DNA of 64,000 nucleotides from Candidatus Eiseniibacteriota bacterium (GCA_038231135.1 JBBRLX010000010.1:51925-115924), one strand, 5' to 3'. Numbered from the stretch's first letter, positions 1 to 10,562 are shown. Made by a program: numbers and translations. Notes: generated by a model from the sequence alone, not told the origin.

Positions 1-1
1 G

Positions 2-1192
2 GGCGGGCTCGAGACCCCGATCGTCATTTTCCTCATGGCGCTCGGCCTCGACGCCGCGATGCGCGAGCGCTGGAATCGCGTCGCGGTCGCGTCGGGCCTG
101 CTCGTGCTCACGCGCGTGGACGGCGCGGTTTGGACGCTGCTGCTGCTCGCCGTCGCCACCCTCCGGCTGCGCGCGAAGGTCTGGCGACCCCTCGCCGCCG
201 GGCTCGTCGTGATCGCTCCGTGGCTCGTATACGCGTGGCACACGTTCGGCAGCGTCGTGCCCCACAGCATGGTGGCGAAACAGGTCATCGGCCTGGGGCC
301 GGGGAGCGTCAAGTATCTGCCGTGGATGATGAACTCGCTCGGCGTGACGTTCATCGGCGACCTCACCCCGTTCGAATTCCCGATCTGGCTGTTGTTCGTC
401 GTCGCCGGCGCCGCGGCGATCCTCGTCACGCGCGCGCAGCGCGCGTGGGCGCCGGTGGTGCTGTTCCCGGTGGTGTTCGGTGTGGCCCTGTGGCTCGGCC
501 GGGCGCCGGCGTTCGAGTGGTATACCGTGCCCCTGACCTGGTGCTGCCTCGTTGTGGCTGCGTTCGGATCGCTCGAATTCCGCGGCATGCTCGCGGCGTA
601 TTCGGAGCGCAGGGGCTGGCCGGCCGCCGTGGCCCGCACGGGCTTCACGGTGGCCTGGGTCATTGTGGCAATCGGGCTGGGTGCGCGCCTGGTCGACGCC
701 TTCGAGGAGCACCGGATCGATCAGGAGAACGAGGATGGGACGCGCCGGCGCGTGGGGGAATGGCTACGCGATCACTCGACCCCGGGCGCCACGGTCGCGA
801 TGGAGGCGATCGGCTACGAAGGCACGTATTCGCGGCGCCGCGTCGTGGACCTGGCGGGAATCGTCAGCCCGGAGGTGGTGCGGCTTCACCGCGAGAGCCG
901 GTCGAACGCCCAGACGCTCGAGCGCGTGCTCGACACGTTCCGGCCCGACTTCCTGGTGCTGCGTTCCTACGAGTTCGAGCTGAACCGCCATCATCACGGG
1001 GGGCCGCTGTTCGAAACGGCCGCCGCTCGCGAGCAATTCATCGCGCACTACCGAAACGTGCTGTCGGTGACGGCTCCGTACCCCGAAGCGTGGGGCGACA
1101 ACGCGCGTATTTCCGTGTTCATGCGGGTGGGCTCGCCGTTCGTGATCGCGCCCGATTCCGTCCGGGCTGGAACACGAACGGCGGCCCCGTAG
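2..1192 (+). CDS. Polytopic membrane protein, GT-C-like glycosyltransferase (5' truncated by window)
   Basis: Frame open from nt 2 (GGLETPIVIFLM...). Many hydrophobic helices, TRVDG motif, C-terminal extracytoplasmic domain (IGY..VVDLAGIV..PDFLV). Confidence 0.6.
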   Translation, partial: GGLETPIVIFLMALGLDAAMRERWNRVAVASGLLVLTRVDGAVWTLLLLAVATLRLRAKVWRPLAAGLVVIAPWLVYAWHTFGSVVPHSMVAKQVIGLGPGSVKYLPWMMNSLGVTFIGDLTPFEFPIWLLFVVAGAAAILVTRAQRAWAPVVLFPVVFGVALWLGRAPAFEWYTVPLTWCCLVVAAFGSLEFRGMLAAYSERRGWPAAVARTGFTVAWVIVAIGLGARLVDAFEEHRIDQENEDGTRRRVGEWLRDHSTPGATVAMEAIGYEGTYSRRRVVDLAGIVSPEVVRLHRESRSNAQTLERVLDTFRPDFLVLRSYEFELNRHHHGGPLFETAAAREQFIAHYRNVLSVTAPYPEAWGDNARISVFMRVGSPFVIAPDSVRAGTRTAAP

Positions 1193-1233
1193 GGAGCCGC
1201 CGTTCGCGAACTGTTACCGGGATTGCCGGCCGA

Positions 1234-1842
1234 TCAGGTCAGGGTATCGACGGCGACCCCGTTTCCGTTATGAGCGGTTCCTTGGAGCACCCGGACACTG
1301 GGCTCGAGGCTGGCCGGCGTGGACGCAATCAGCACGCGCGCCGGCGACGTTCCGCAATTGTCGAGCGTGTGAGGCGCGCGCCCGTCGTAGTGGCACGAGT
1401 CGCCTGTTTCGAGGACGACCGTATGCCCACCCGTGCTGAACCGCACCTGCCCGGCCACGCACACGATGCAGACCTCGCCCTGATGATAGGGCTGATCCCC
1501 GGTGGTCGTGGAGCCCATGGGCAGATCGGCCATGAGCATCTCGAGGTTGCGCTTGGGCTGAGCGGAGAGGATCTCGACCGATGAGCCATTGTTGCCGAAA
1601 TGGAAGCGCGGTCGATCCCGCTCCCTTACGACGTGGGGCTTGTGGTCGTCTTCCACCACGAGAAACGCGATGGAGGTCTCGAGTGCCCGAGCCAGGTCTC
1701 TCAGCGTGGCAAGTGAGGGAGACGTGCGATCATTTTCGACCTGGCTAATAAAGCCCTTCGAAAGACCGCTGGCTTCGGCGAGCTGCTGAACTGTGAGACC
1801 ACGGCGGAACCGCAAGTCCCGTATTCTCTTACCGAGTTGCAT
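1234..1842 (-). CDS. XRE-family HTH transcriptional regulator with C-terminal cupin domain
   Basis: LGKRIRDLR..LTVQQLAEASGLSKGFISQVENDRTSPSLATL HTH_3. Cupin-like LETGDSCHY..PH. GGAGG SD upstream. Confidence 0.9.
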   Translation of the reverse strand: MQLGKRIRDLRFRRGLTVQQLAEASGLSKGFISQVENDRTSPSLATLRDLARALETSIAFLVVEDDHKPHVVRERDRPRFHFGNNGSSVEILSAQPKRNLEMLMADLPMGSTTTGDQPYHQGEVCIVCVAGQVRFSTGGHTVVLETGDSCHYDGRAPHTLDNCGTSPARVLIASTPASLEPSVRVLQGTAHNGNGVAVDTLT

Positions 1843-1885
1843 TAGCCTACCTCCGTAGGGGTATGGAGGATTGATGTGTTCAATA

Positions 1886-1914
1886 ATGCTAAAGGAGGTT
1901 CATCCCCGGGTCAA
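1886..1914 (-). promoter_or_regulatory. Sigma70-type promoter for XRE-cupin gene
   Basis: TTGACC-N17-TAGCAT on minus strand. Confidence 0.55.
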
Positions 1915-3737
1915 GAACTTGCATTGATGGTGGCGTTTTGCCCTACGGAATCACGGCCCGAACCGCTGTCCCCGGCCTGGCCCAGGTACTGGAGCTCGTA
2001 CAGCCGGGAGTAAATCCCCCCCAGCCGGAGCAGCTCGCCGTGGGTGCCGGTTTCCCGCACCCGGCCGTGGTGGAGAACCACGATCCGGTCGACATGCTGG
2101 ATCGTGGACAGCCGGTGGGCGATCACGATGCTGGTCCGGCCCTCCATCAGGCGCCTAAGGGCGTCCTGGATCAGGAGTTCGGTGTGGGTATCCACCGAGG
2201 ACGTGGCCTCGTCGAGGATCAGGAGCCCGGGGTTGCGCGCCAGCGCCCGGGCGAACGCCAGCAGCTGGCGCTGGCCGGCCGACAGCGTCGCGCCGCGCTC
2301 GAGCACGACGGTCCGGGAGCCCTCCGGCAGCTCGGCGATGAACTCGTGGGCGTGCACCTCGCGGGCCGCGGTTTCGAGCACCTCGTCGGTCAGCGACGGA
2401 TCGCCGAGGCTGAGGTTGCTCGTAATCGTGCCCGAGAACAGGAACACGTCCTGCAACGCGACGCCGATGTGGTTGCGCAGCTCGTGGACGTCCCAGTCGG
2501 CGAGCGGGCGGCCGTCCACCCGGATCTCCCCGCGCTGTGGCGCGTAGAACCGCAGCAGCAGGCTGATGAGCGTGGTTTTGCCGGAGCCGGTGGCGCCCAC
2601 GATCGCCACCTTCTCGCCGGGCGCGACCGAGAACGACACGTCCTCGAGCACCCAGTGCTCACCCTCGTACGCGAACCACACGTGGTCGAACTCGACCCTG
2701 CCCTCGAACGCCGACTCGGCCTCCCGGCTCCCGCCGAGCGCGGTGTCGGCCGGCGTGTCGAGCAGCGCGAAGATCCGCTCGGCCGACGCCATCGCCTGCT
2801 GCAGGATGCCGTACTTCTCGCTGAGGTCCGAGATCGGCCGGAAGAACCGCTGCGTGTACTGGATGAACGCGACCAGGATGCCGAGCGTGATGCCTTCCCA
2901 CATCACCTGGCGGCCGCCGTACCAGACGATCAGCGACAGCGCCACCGCGCCGATCAGCTCCATCACCGGGAAGAACACCGCGTTGTAGAACACGGTATCG
3001 AGGTTCGCGTCGCGGTGGCCGGCGTTGATGCCGCGGAACTCCTCGTGGTTGCGCCGCTCGCGATTCAGCAGCTGCACGGTGCTCATGCCGCCGAGGTTCT
3101 CGTTGAGGAACGAGTTGAGCCGGGCGAGCCGCGTGCGGATGTCGCGGAACGACCGGCGCATCTTCACGCGGAACACCAGCGTCACGATCACGATCAGCGG
3201 CAGCACCGAGAACGCGACCGCCAGCAGCTCGAAGTTCAGCTTGGCCATCGCCACGATCACGCCGACCAGCGCGAACACGTCCCCGAACACCCCCACCACA
3301 CCGGACGCGAACAGCTCGTTCAGCACGTCCACGTCGTTCGTGACGCGCGTCATCACGCGGCCGACAGGGTTCCTGTCGAACCACGCGAGCGGCAGCCGCT
3401 GCAGGTGGGTGAACAACTGCAGCCGCAGGTCCAGCATGATCCGCTGCCCGACGCGCTGCATGATCTGGTATTGCAGGTAGCCGAGCCCGAAGCCGACGAG
3501 CAGCACCGACACGTACACCATCGCCATCTGGTTCAGGAACGGCAGGTTCCGATTGCGGATGCCGTGGTCGATCGCCTGCTTCGTGAGGTACGGACCGGCG
3601 AGCCCGACCAGCGCGTCGACGATCACGATCACGATCGCGGCGATGACCTCGCCGCGGTACGGGCGCAGGTAGCCGAGCAGCCGCTGCATCAGGCGGTGGT
3701 CGTAGGCCTTGCCGTGCAGCTCCTCGTCGTGGCTCAC
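1911..3737 (-). CDS. ABC exporter, fused TMD+NBD (MdlB-like half)
   Basis: Walker A GATGSGKT, signature LSAGQRQ, Walker B ILDEATS, H-loop IAHRLST, N-terminal TM domain. Confidence 0.93.
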   Translation of the reverse strand: MSHDEELHGKAYDHRLMQRLLGYLRPYRGEVIAAIVIVIVDALVGLAGPYLTKQAIDHGIRNRNLPFLNQMAMVYVSVLLVGFGLGYLQYQIMQRVGQRIMLDLRLQLFTHLQRLPLAWFDRNPVGRVMTRVTNDVDVLNELFASGVVGVFGDVFALVGVIVAMAKLNFELLAVAFSVLPLIVIVTLVFRVKMRRSFRDIRTRLARLNSFLNENLGGMSTVQLLNRERRNHEEFRGINAGHRDANLDTVFYNAVFFPVMELIGAVALSLIVWYGGRQVMWEGITLGILVAFIQYTQRFFRPISDLSEKYGILQQAMASAERIFALLDTPADTALGGSREAESAFEGRVEFDHVWFAYEGEHWVLEDVSFSVAPGEKVAIVGATGSGKTTLISLLLRFYAPQRGEIRVDGRPLADWDVHELRNHIGVALQDVFLFSGTITSNLSLGDPSLTDEVLETAAREVHAHEFIAELPEGSRTVVLERGATLSAGQRQLLAFARALARNPGLLILDEATSSVDTHTELLIQDALRRLMEGRTSIVIAHRLSTIQHVDRIVVLHHGRVRETGTHGELLRLGGIYSRLYELQYLGQAGDSGSGRDSVGQNATINASS

Positions 3738-5482
3738 GGGACCTCGAGCTCCTGTTCGAGCTGCTGCTCGCGCGCGAGGCGCGCATAACGGCCGCGGGCG
3801 GCCACCAGCGCGTCGTGGGTGCCGCGCTCGACGATCCGGCCGCCGTCGAGCACCAGGATCTGGTCGGCGTCCCGCACCGCGCTCACCCGGTGCGACACGA
3901 TCAGCGTGGTGCGTTCGCGCATCACGCCGCGCAGGCCGTGGAGGATCGCGTCCTCGGTCTGGGTGTCGACCGACGACAGGCAGTCGTCGAGCAGCAATAC
4001 CGGCGCGTCGCGCAGCACCGCGCGCGCGATCGTCACGCGCTGTTTCTGGCCGCCCGACAGCGTGATGCCGCGCTCGCCCACCAGCGTGTCGAACCCCGCG
4101 GGCAGCGTGCGCGCGTCACCTTCGAAGTGCGCGATGCGAGCGGCGCCCAGGATGGCGTCTGCCGGCGCGTGCTCGACCCCGTAGCCGATGTTCTCGCCAA
4201 CCGTGGCCGAGAACAGGAACGCGTCCTGCGGCACGTAGCCGATGTGCCCGCGCAGCCATTGAAGATCCAGCGTCCGCACATCACGGCCGTCGAGGAACAC
4301 GGTGCCCGGCGGCGGGTCGAACAGCCGCGGCACCAGCGCGAGCACCGTGGACTTACCCGCGCCCGTGCCGCCGACGATCGCCACCGTCGTGCCCGCGGGG
4401 ACCTCGAAGCTCACGTCACGGAGCACGTCGCGGTCGGCGCCCGGATAGCGGAACGTCAGCCGCCGGAACTCGAGCGCGCCGGCGCAGCGCGCCGGGCTCA
4501 CGCTGCCCGGTTCCGACACGATGCGCGGCGCCTCGTCGAGCAACTCCACCAGGCGCGCGAACGACGCCGCGCCGCGCTGGAACAGGTTCACCACCCAGCC
4601 CAGCGCGACCACCGGCCAGTTCAGCATGCCCAGGTACACCGTGAACGCCACGAACGCCCCGAGCGTGATGTGCCCGGCCATGACCTCGCGGCCGCCGAGA
4701 TAGAGCGCGAGCAGCGCCGCCACGCCGGACAGGAACGCGAGCGCGGGATAGAACGCTCCGGACACCCGGATCAGGTCGAGGTTGCGCCGCGCGTAGTCCT
4801 CGTTGAGCACGCGGAACTGGTCGATCTCGTGATCCTCGCGCGCGAACGCCCGCACCACGCGGATGCCGGCGAGGTTCTCCTGCACGCGGGCGGAGATGCC
4901 GGCGAACCGCGCCTGGATGTCCTCGAACCGCCGGTGGATCGTGTCGCCGAAGTACCACACGGTGAGCGTGACGAGCGGCAGCGGCAGCAGCGACAGCGCC
5001 GTGAGCCGCGGGCTGATCGCGATCATGAATCCGAGCGAGATCACGGCGACGACGACCGTGTTCACGAGGTACATCAGGCCGGGGCCGACCATCATGCGCA
5101 CCGCCGACAGGTCGTTCGTGGCGCGGGACATGATCTCGCCGGTGCGCGCGTGCTGGAAGTGCTCGAGCGGCAGCTTCTGCAGGTGCCCGAACAGGTCGTT
5201 GCGCAGGTCGTACTCGATGTGGCGCGACACGCCGACCACCTCGCGCCGCATCAGGAACTTGAACAGCCCCGAAACCAGCGCGATCCCGAACAGCAGCAGC
5301 GCCGAACGGCCGAGCTTGGCGGCGGTCACCCCGTGGTACAGGTCGTCGACCGCCACGCGCAGCACCTGCGGCTGGCTCAGCGCGACGATGTTCGTCACGA
5401 CGATCGCGGCGAGACCCCACGCGAGCCGCCGGCGATGCCTCGCCAGGTAGGGGAACAGGCGGGTGCGGAACAAACCAGGCAC
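3734..5482 (-). CDS. ABC exporter, fused TMD+NBD (MdlA-like half, degenerate Walker B)
   Basis: GGTGAGKS, LSGGQKQ, LLDDCLS, SHR. GTG start at 5482 with GGAG SD. Stop overlaps partner start. Confidence 0.92.
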   Translation of the reverse strand: MPGLFRTRLFPYLARHRRRLAWGLAAIVVTNIVALSQPQVLRVAVDDLYHGVTAAKLGRSALLLFGIALVSGLFKFLMRREVVGVSRHIEYDLRNDLFGHLQKLPLEHFQHARTGEIMSRATNDLSAVRMMVGPGLMYLVNTVVVAVISLGFMIAISPRLTALSLLPLPLVTLTVWYFGDTIHRRFEDIQARFAGISARVQENLAGIRVVRAFAREDHEIDQFRVLNEDYARRNLDLIRVSGAFYPALAFLSGVAALLALYLGGREVMAGHITLGAFVAFTVYLGMLNWPVVALGWVVNLFQRGAASFARLVELLDEAPRIVSEPGSVSPARCAGALEFRRLTFRYPGADRDVLRDVSFEVPAGTTVAIVGGTGAGKSTVLALVPRLFDPPPGTVFLDGRDVRTLDLQWLRGHIGYVPQDAFLFSATVGENIGYGVEHAPADAILGAARIAHFEGDARTLPAGFDTLVGERGITLSGGQKQRVTIARAVLRDAPVLLLDDCLSSVDTQTEDAILHGLRGVMRERTTLIVSHRVSAVRDADQILVLDGGRIVERGTHDALVAARGRYARLAREQQLEQELEVP

Positions 5483-5573
5483 GTAATCTCCGGTGTGCCT
5501 GCGGCCCCCGACCTGGGGGCTCGCGGGTCCGATCCACGCCGTCGACGCCGCGTGGGGCCGCGGCGCCCCTGAG

Positions 5574-6434
5574 CTACTTCGAGTTGCCGAAGAAGCCCTG
5601 CAGCCGGCCCAGCGTGGTTTTCTTGGCAGCGACGCCGATGTAGTACCGATCGAAGTGCAGGACGTTCTTGCCGGACGCGGTGTGCTGCGAGCCGGCGAAC
5701 ACATCGAGCCCATCGTCCACGCGATAAAGAATCTGCGGCCCGATCAGGTGTTCCGTCCCGGGGGTCAGCGTGTCGTGCGACTCGAACCGGCCGCGGTAGT
5801 CGCCCGCGAGCAGCACGTGGCGGCTCACCCACCAGCCGAAGTCGGCGGTGGCCAGCGCTTCGTCCGCCTCGGCGGCCTTCGAGTTGTAGGAATCGAGCCG
5901 CCGCAGGTACCCGCCGCCGAGCTGCAGGAACGCGTGGATGGGCCTGAGCTCCATTCCCAGCTCGAGCATGCCGATCGCATCCTGCCGACCATCCCCCACG
6001 GCCGGGGTCAGACGCCGGTTGTAGCCCATCGGCGTACGGATATCGGCGCTCAGCGCGAGCGCAGTGGCCCCGCCGATCAGCCGGTACTTGAGACCGACCT
6101 CGAGATCCGACAGCGAGGTCGCGGTCGAGCCCACCGACGGCGCGAACGCCCGGCTCACGTTCACGAACGGGAGGTCGGCGCGGAAGCTGAGCCGCTTCTT
6201 CCAGCCGAGTTCCGTCGCCCACCGCAGTTCGCGCCGGTCGTAGGACCCGCCGGCCGCGAACGGCGGGCGTTCGCCGTCGGCGTCGAAGAACGACTTCGAG
6301 GTCCCGTAGCTGCCGTCCACGCGGGTGAAGAATTCGCCGGGCGCGAGCGCCCAGGGCGAGGCCCCGGCCGCGCCGGCGATCGGCATCAGGAACGCAACCA
6401 GCCACCACGATCCTGCGACGCGACGTGCTCTCAT
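5574..6434 (-). CDS. Secreted protein, probable outer-membrane beta-barrel
   Basis: Signal peptide (MRARR..WWLVAFLMPIAGAAGA), alternating amphipathic strands, LSDLEVGLKYRL motif. Confidence 0.55.
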   Translation of the reverse strand: MRARRVAGSWWLVAFLMPIAGAAGASPWALAPGEFFTRVDGSYGTSKSFFDADGERPPFAAGGSYDRRELRWATELGWKKRLSFRADLPFVNVSRAFAPSVGSTATSLSDLEVGLKYRLIGGATALALSADIRTPMGYNRRLTPAVGDGRQDAIGMLELGMELRPIHAFLQLGGGYLRRLDSYNSKAAEADEALATADFGWWVSRHVLLAGDYRGRFESHDTLTPGTEHLIGPQILYRVDDGLDVFAGSQHTASGKNVLHFDRYYIGVAAKKTTLGRLQGFFGNSK

Positions 6435-6593
6435 GTGTGGTTCGCAACCTCCGCCGCGGCGGGCCGCGGACTCTCGAGGATCCCGGTGCAAGGTCAAGTG
6501 AACGCCGGAGATTAGACGCGGGGGGCGACGGGAAGCAAGGCACGCGACGCCGTGGGTTTCGTCCGGCGCGGAGTCGTCGCTAGACTGCGCGGC

Positions 6594-7595
6594 ATGTCCG
6601 CCGCTTCGCCGCTCCACGTTCTCGAGTACATCCGCCACCAGGACGGCATCTGGGATCTGCCCGCGGAGTACGTGGATTCGCTGCGCCGGGAGTTCCCGCA
6701 GGTGCGGTTCAGCTCGCCCGCGAACAACGCCGCGTGCGACGCGTTGCTGCCCGAAGCCGACATCGTGCTCGGCTGGGCGGTGCGCCCGGACAATTTTGCC
6801 CCCGCCCGGCGGCTGAAGTGGATCCAGGTCACGGCCGCGGGCGTGGGTGGGCTGTTGTTCCCGGAACTGGTCGCGAGCGACGTGATCGTGACGAACGGCC
6901 GGGGCCTGCACGCGGTGTCGATGGCCGAGCACACGCTGGGCGTGATGCTGATGTTCGTGCGCAAACTGCATCTGGCGCGCGACGCGCAGCGCGAGCGGGT
7001 GTGGAATCAGGACGCGCAGTGGGCCACGCCGCCGCCGTTCCGGGACCTCGGCGGCACCACGATGGCGCTGGTCGGGCTCGGCGCCGTGGGGAGTGCCATC
7101 GCCACGCGTGCGCAGGCACTCGGCGTGCGCGTGATCGCCGTGCGCCGGCATCCCGCGGCCGATCCCGCGCCGGCGGACGCCCAGTGGGGGAACGAGCGGC
7201 TCGACGAGGCGGTCGCCGCCGCCGACTGGGTCGTGCTCGCCGCCCCGCTGACGCCGGACACCCGCGGCCTGTTCGACCGCGCGCGGCTCGCGCGCCTCCA
7301 GCCCGGCGCCGTGCTCGTCAATCTCGGCCGCGGCGCGCTCGTCGACGAGGCCGCGCTCATCGAGGCGCTCGCGGAGCACCGGTTCGCGGGCGCGGCGCTC
7401 GACGTGTTCGAGAACGAGCCGCTCGACACCAGGAGTCCGCTGTGGTCGATGCCGCACGTGATCGTGACGCCGCATGTGTCGGGTTTCGGGCCGCGCTACT
7501 GGGAGCGCGGCATGGAGCTGTTCCGCCGCAACTTGCACGCGTGGAACGCAGGGCGGCCGCTCGAGAACCTGGTCGACAAGCAGGCGGGCTACTGA
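6594..7595 (+). CDS. D-2-hydroxyacid dehydrogenase family protein
   Basis: GLGAVG Rossmann, NLGRG, DVFENEP, TPHVSG. Confidence 0.92.
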   Translation: MSAASPLHVLEYIRHQDGIWDLPAEYVDSLRREFPQVRFSSPANNAACDALLPEADIVLGWAVRPDNFAPARRLKWIQVTAAGVGGLLFPELVASDVIVTNGRGLHAVSMAEHTLGVMLMFVRKLHLARDAQRERVWNQDAQWATPPPFRDLGGTTMALVGLGAVGSAIATRAQALGVRVIAVRRHPAADPAPADAQWGNERLDEAVAAADWVVLAAPLTPDTRGLFDRARLARLQPGAVLVNLGRGALVDEAALIEALAEHRFAGAALDVFENEPLDTRSPLWSMPHVIVTPHVSGFGPRYWERGMELFRRNLHAWNAGRPLENLVDKQAGY

Positions 7596-7704
7596 TGCGG
7601 GGCCGGCGCGCGCGTGACCTCGTTCCGGCCGCCGGCGCCGATCCCGCCCGGTGGCGCTTCCCCGGCGCGCGGCTCTGGCGACCCGGGCGCGCCGGAGTCC
7701 AACC

Positions 7705-8343
7705 GTGACCGATCTCGGCGTGATCGTGGCGGGCGGCGCCGGCGCGCGACTCGGCGCCGGCGTGCCGAAGGCGCAGGCCATGCTGGCGGGGGAGACGCTG
7801 CTCGAACGCGCGATCGCGACGCTCGCCGCCGTGTGCGATCCGATCGTGGTGGTGACGCCCGGCGACCGCCGCCCCGACACCACGGTGAAATGGGTGGAGG
7901 ACGCCGAGCCCCTGGCCGGGCCGCTCGCGGGCCTCGTCGCCGGCCTGCGCTCGGAGCCGTACACCCGCGCGCTCGTGGTGGGCGTGGACTTCCCCCTGTT
8001 ATGCGCCGGGTTCCTGGCCGCGCTGCTCGACGAGCTCGACGCGAGCGGAGCGCCGGCGGTGCTGACGGCCCCGGGGGGTACCCCGCAGCCGCTGCTCGCG
8101 GCGTTCGCGCCCCGCGCGGCCGCGGAACTCGAGCGCGCGCTCGAGCGCGGCGAGCGCTCGGTGACGCGTGCGGTGATGGAGCTCGGGCCCCGCGTGCTCG
8201 ACGATACGCGGCTCGCAGCCATGGCGGGCGGCTTCGAGAACCTGGTCAACGTGAACACGCCCGAGGATCTGGCGGCGGTGGAACGGACGCTGCAGCAGCG
8301 CGGGCCGCACGACGTTGCGGATCCCGGCGCAGGGGACGCGTGA
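7705..8343 (+). CDS. mobA: Molybdenum cofactor guanylyltransferase
   Basis: VAGGAGARLG..PKA, GPLAGL, VDFP, NVNTPEDL. Confidence 0.82.
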   Translation: MTDLGVIVAGGAGARLGAGVPKAQAMLAGETLLERAIATLAAVCDPIVVVTPGDRRPDTTVKWVEDAEPLAGPLAGLVAGLRSEPYTRALVVGVDFPLLCAGFLAALLDELDASGAPAVLTAPGGTPQPLLAAFAPRAAAELERALERGERSVTRAVMELGPRVLDDTRLAAMAGGFENLVNVNTPEDLAAVERTLQQRGPHDVADPGAGDA

Positions 8344-9626
8344 GCGCCGTCGCGGCGGCGCCGCTCCTGGCGGGCGCGGTGCCGGTGAGCCGCGCCATCG
8401 CCGCGCTGCGCCGCGCCGATCCGGCCGTGCACGCGTTCCATCTCTACGATCTCGACGCGCTCGCAGCGCGCGCGCGCCGGTTTCGCGCCGCGTTCGCCGG
8501 ACTCGATCCGCTGGTCGCCTATGCGATCAAGGCGAACGGCCTGCCCGCGATCCTCGAGACGCTCGAGCGCGAACAGCTCGGCGCCGATGCCGGGTCGATC
8601 GGCGAGCTGGAGCTGGCGGCACGTGCGGGATTCGACCCCGCGCGCATCGAGCTCAATGGCAACGGTCGCACTCCCGAGGAGGCCGCGTGGGTCGCGCTGC
8701 GCGGCGTGCACTCGGTGAACGCCGATCACGTCGGCGAGCTCGAGTTGCTAGATCGCGTGGCGGCGCGCGCGGGCCGCGTGCTGCGCGTGGCGCTGCGGGT
8801 CAACCCCGGCATCGAGCTGCCCGGGCATCCCTACGTGGCTACCGGACACGATGACGCGAAGTTCGGCGTGGCGCCTGCCGAAGCGCTCGAAGTCTGGAGC
8901 GCCCGCGCCCGCTGGCCCTCGCTCGACCTGGGCGGCGTGCACTTTCACGTTGGCTCACAGGTGCTCGACCCTGAACCGCTGGAGCGCGCCGCCACCGAGG
9001 CGATCGAGCTGGCGAAGGCATCCGCCGCGCGCGGCGCACCGCTCACCTGGCTCAATCTCGGCGGCGGTTTCGGCGTCGATTCCGCAACCGGCGCCGAGTT
9101 CCCGCTCGAGCGCCACGCGCAACGATTGACGCAGCAGCTTGGGAACGTGGGGCTTGCCCCGGGGCGCGAGCGCTGGCGCATCGTGTTCGAGCCGGGCCGC
9201 TGGCTGGTGGCGCCCGTGGGGGTGCTGGTGGCCGAGGTGCTGTGGGTCAAGCACCGCGATGGCCACCGGTTCCTCGTGCTCGGGGCGGGCATGAACGACT
9301 TCATCCGCCCCGCGCTCTATGGCGCGCTGCACGGCATCGTGCCCGTGATCCCGCGGGCGGGCGACGTGGGGCCCGCGACCGTGGTGGGCCCGGTGTGCGA
9401 GAGCGGCGACGTATTCCGCGATCGCGTGATGCTGCCGCCGGTCGAGCCCGGCGACTGGGTGGCGATCCTCGATACCGGCGCCTACGGCGCCGCGATGGCT
9501 TCGACCTACAACGGCCGCGGCCGGCTGGCGGAAGTCGTGGTGCGCGACGGCCACTTGCGACTCGCCCGTGCGGCCGAGACGCCGGACGACCTGATGCGCG
9601 GGCGGCGCGATGATCCCCTCGAATGA
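8340..9626 (+). CDS. lysA: Diaminopimelate decarboxylase
   Basis: YAIKAN (PLP Lys), HFHVGSQ, EPGR, CESGD, GAYG..MASTYN. Confidence 0.9.
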   Translation: MSAVAAAPLLAGAVPVSRAIAALRRADPAVHAFHLYDLDALAARARRFRAAFAGLDPLVAYAIKANGLPAILETLEREQLGADAGSIGELELAARAGFDPARIELNGNGRTPEEAAWVALRGVHSVNADHVGELELLDRVAARAGRVLRVALRVNPGIELPGHPYVATGHDDAKFGVAPAEALEVWSARARWPSLDLGGVHFHVGSQVLDPEPLERAATEAIELAKASAARGAPLTWLNLGGGFGVDSATGAEFPLERHAQRLTQQLGNVGLAPGRERWRIVFEPGRWLVAPVGVLVAEVLWVKHRDGHRFLVLGAGMNDFIRPALYGALHGIVPVIPRAGDVGPATVVGPVCESGDVFRDRVMLPPVEPGDWVAILDTGAYGAAMASTYNGRGRLAEVVVRDGHLRLARAAETPDDLMRGRRDDPLE

Positions 9627-9640
9627 CGCGGCGCCGAGGC

Positions 9641-9669
9641 TTGACACTCGGCAGCGCGGGCCGGAAACT
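9641..9669 (+). promoter_or_regulatory. Candidate sigma70 promoter of etfBA
   Basis: TTGACA-N17-GAAACT. Confidence 0.4.
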
Positions 9670-9812
9670 GCCGCCTCGCAATCGCCTTCGAAGCTCATGG
9701 GCGTGCGCCGAAGAACCTAAGTGGGACGCCCGGCTGCCACGACGGAAGCGGTTGCCGGCCGAATCCCGGGAACCTGTTCGCCGCGCGACGCTTGGAACCC
9801 TGGAGTGACCCC

Positions 9813-10562
9813 GTGATTCAGGTGGTGTGCATCAAGCAGGTCGCGGATACCGAGACCCGCGTCAAGGTGGGCGCCGGCGGCACCGCGCTCGATCCCGCGG
9901 GCGTCACATGGATCATGAATCCCTACGACGAGTTCGCCGTCGAGCAGGCGCTGCGCATCCAGGAAAAGGCCGGGTCGGGCGAGGTCGTGCTGGTGTCGCT
10001 CGGGAACGCCGACGCGCAGAAGACGCTCCGCAACGGGCTCGCGATGGGCGCCGATCGCGCGATCCATCTCAAGACGGATGCCGCCGCCGACCCGCTCCAG
10101 GTGGCGCGCGCGCTCGCGGCCGCGATCCGCGGGCTCGGCGCCAGCATCGTGTGGTTCGGCCGCCAGGCGGTCGATGACGATGCCGCGCAGGTCGGCCCGA
10201 TGACGGCCGAGCTGCTGGAGCTGCCGTGCGTGACCGCGATCGCCGCGTTCGAGCTGGCCGGCGAGACCGCGACGGTCGAGCGCGACATCGAAGGCGGCCG
10301 CGAAGTCGTGGAGGTCGGGCTGCCCGCGGCGTTCACGACCGACAAGGGCCTCAACGAGCCACGCTTCACGTCGCTCAAGGGCATCATGGCCGCGAAGAAG
10401 AAGCCGATCGTCGAGCAGCCTGCGGAGCTCGGCGCTCCGGGCCTCGAAGTGCGGGCGCTCGAGCTGCCGGCCGCGCGCTCGGCCGGGCGCATCGTCGGGC
10501 ACGGCGTCGACGCGGTGCCCGAGCTGATCCGCGTGCTGCGCGAGGAGGCGAAGGTCCTATGA
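9813..10562 (+). CDS. etfB: Electron transfer flavoprotein beta subunit
   Basis: VCIKQVAD, NPYDEFAVEQAL, LAMGAD, GRQAVDDD, NEPR..SLKGIM.AKKKP. Confidence 0.95.
   Translation: MIQVVCIKQVADTETRVKVGAGGTALDPAGVTWIMNPYDEFAVEQALRIQEKAGSGEVVLVSLGNADAQKTLRNGLAMGADRAIHLKTDAAADPLQVARALAAAIRGLGASIVWFGRQAVDDDAAQVGPMTAELLELPCVTAIAAFELAGETATVERDIEGGREVVEVGLPAAFTTDKGLNEPRFTSLKGIMAAKKKPIVEQPAELGAPGLEVRALELPAARSAGRIVGHGVDAVPELIRVLREEAKVL

Noticed and set aside
3734..5482. Inactive ABC ATPase (Walker B DD instead of DE)
   Set aside because: One degenerate site is normal in heterodimeric exporters, and the partner has the consensus DE.
5574..8729. 1051-aa minus-strand ORF and other long overlapping ORFs in the track
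   Set aside because: Antisense or alternate-frame shadows expected at high GC. Only 5574-6434 looks like a real gene here.
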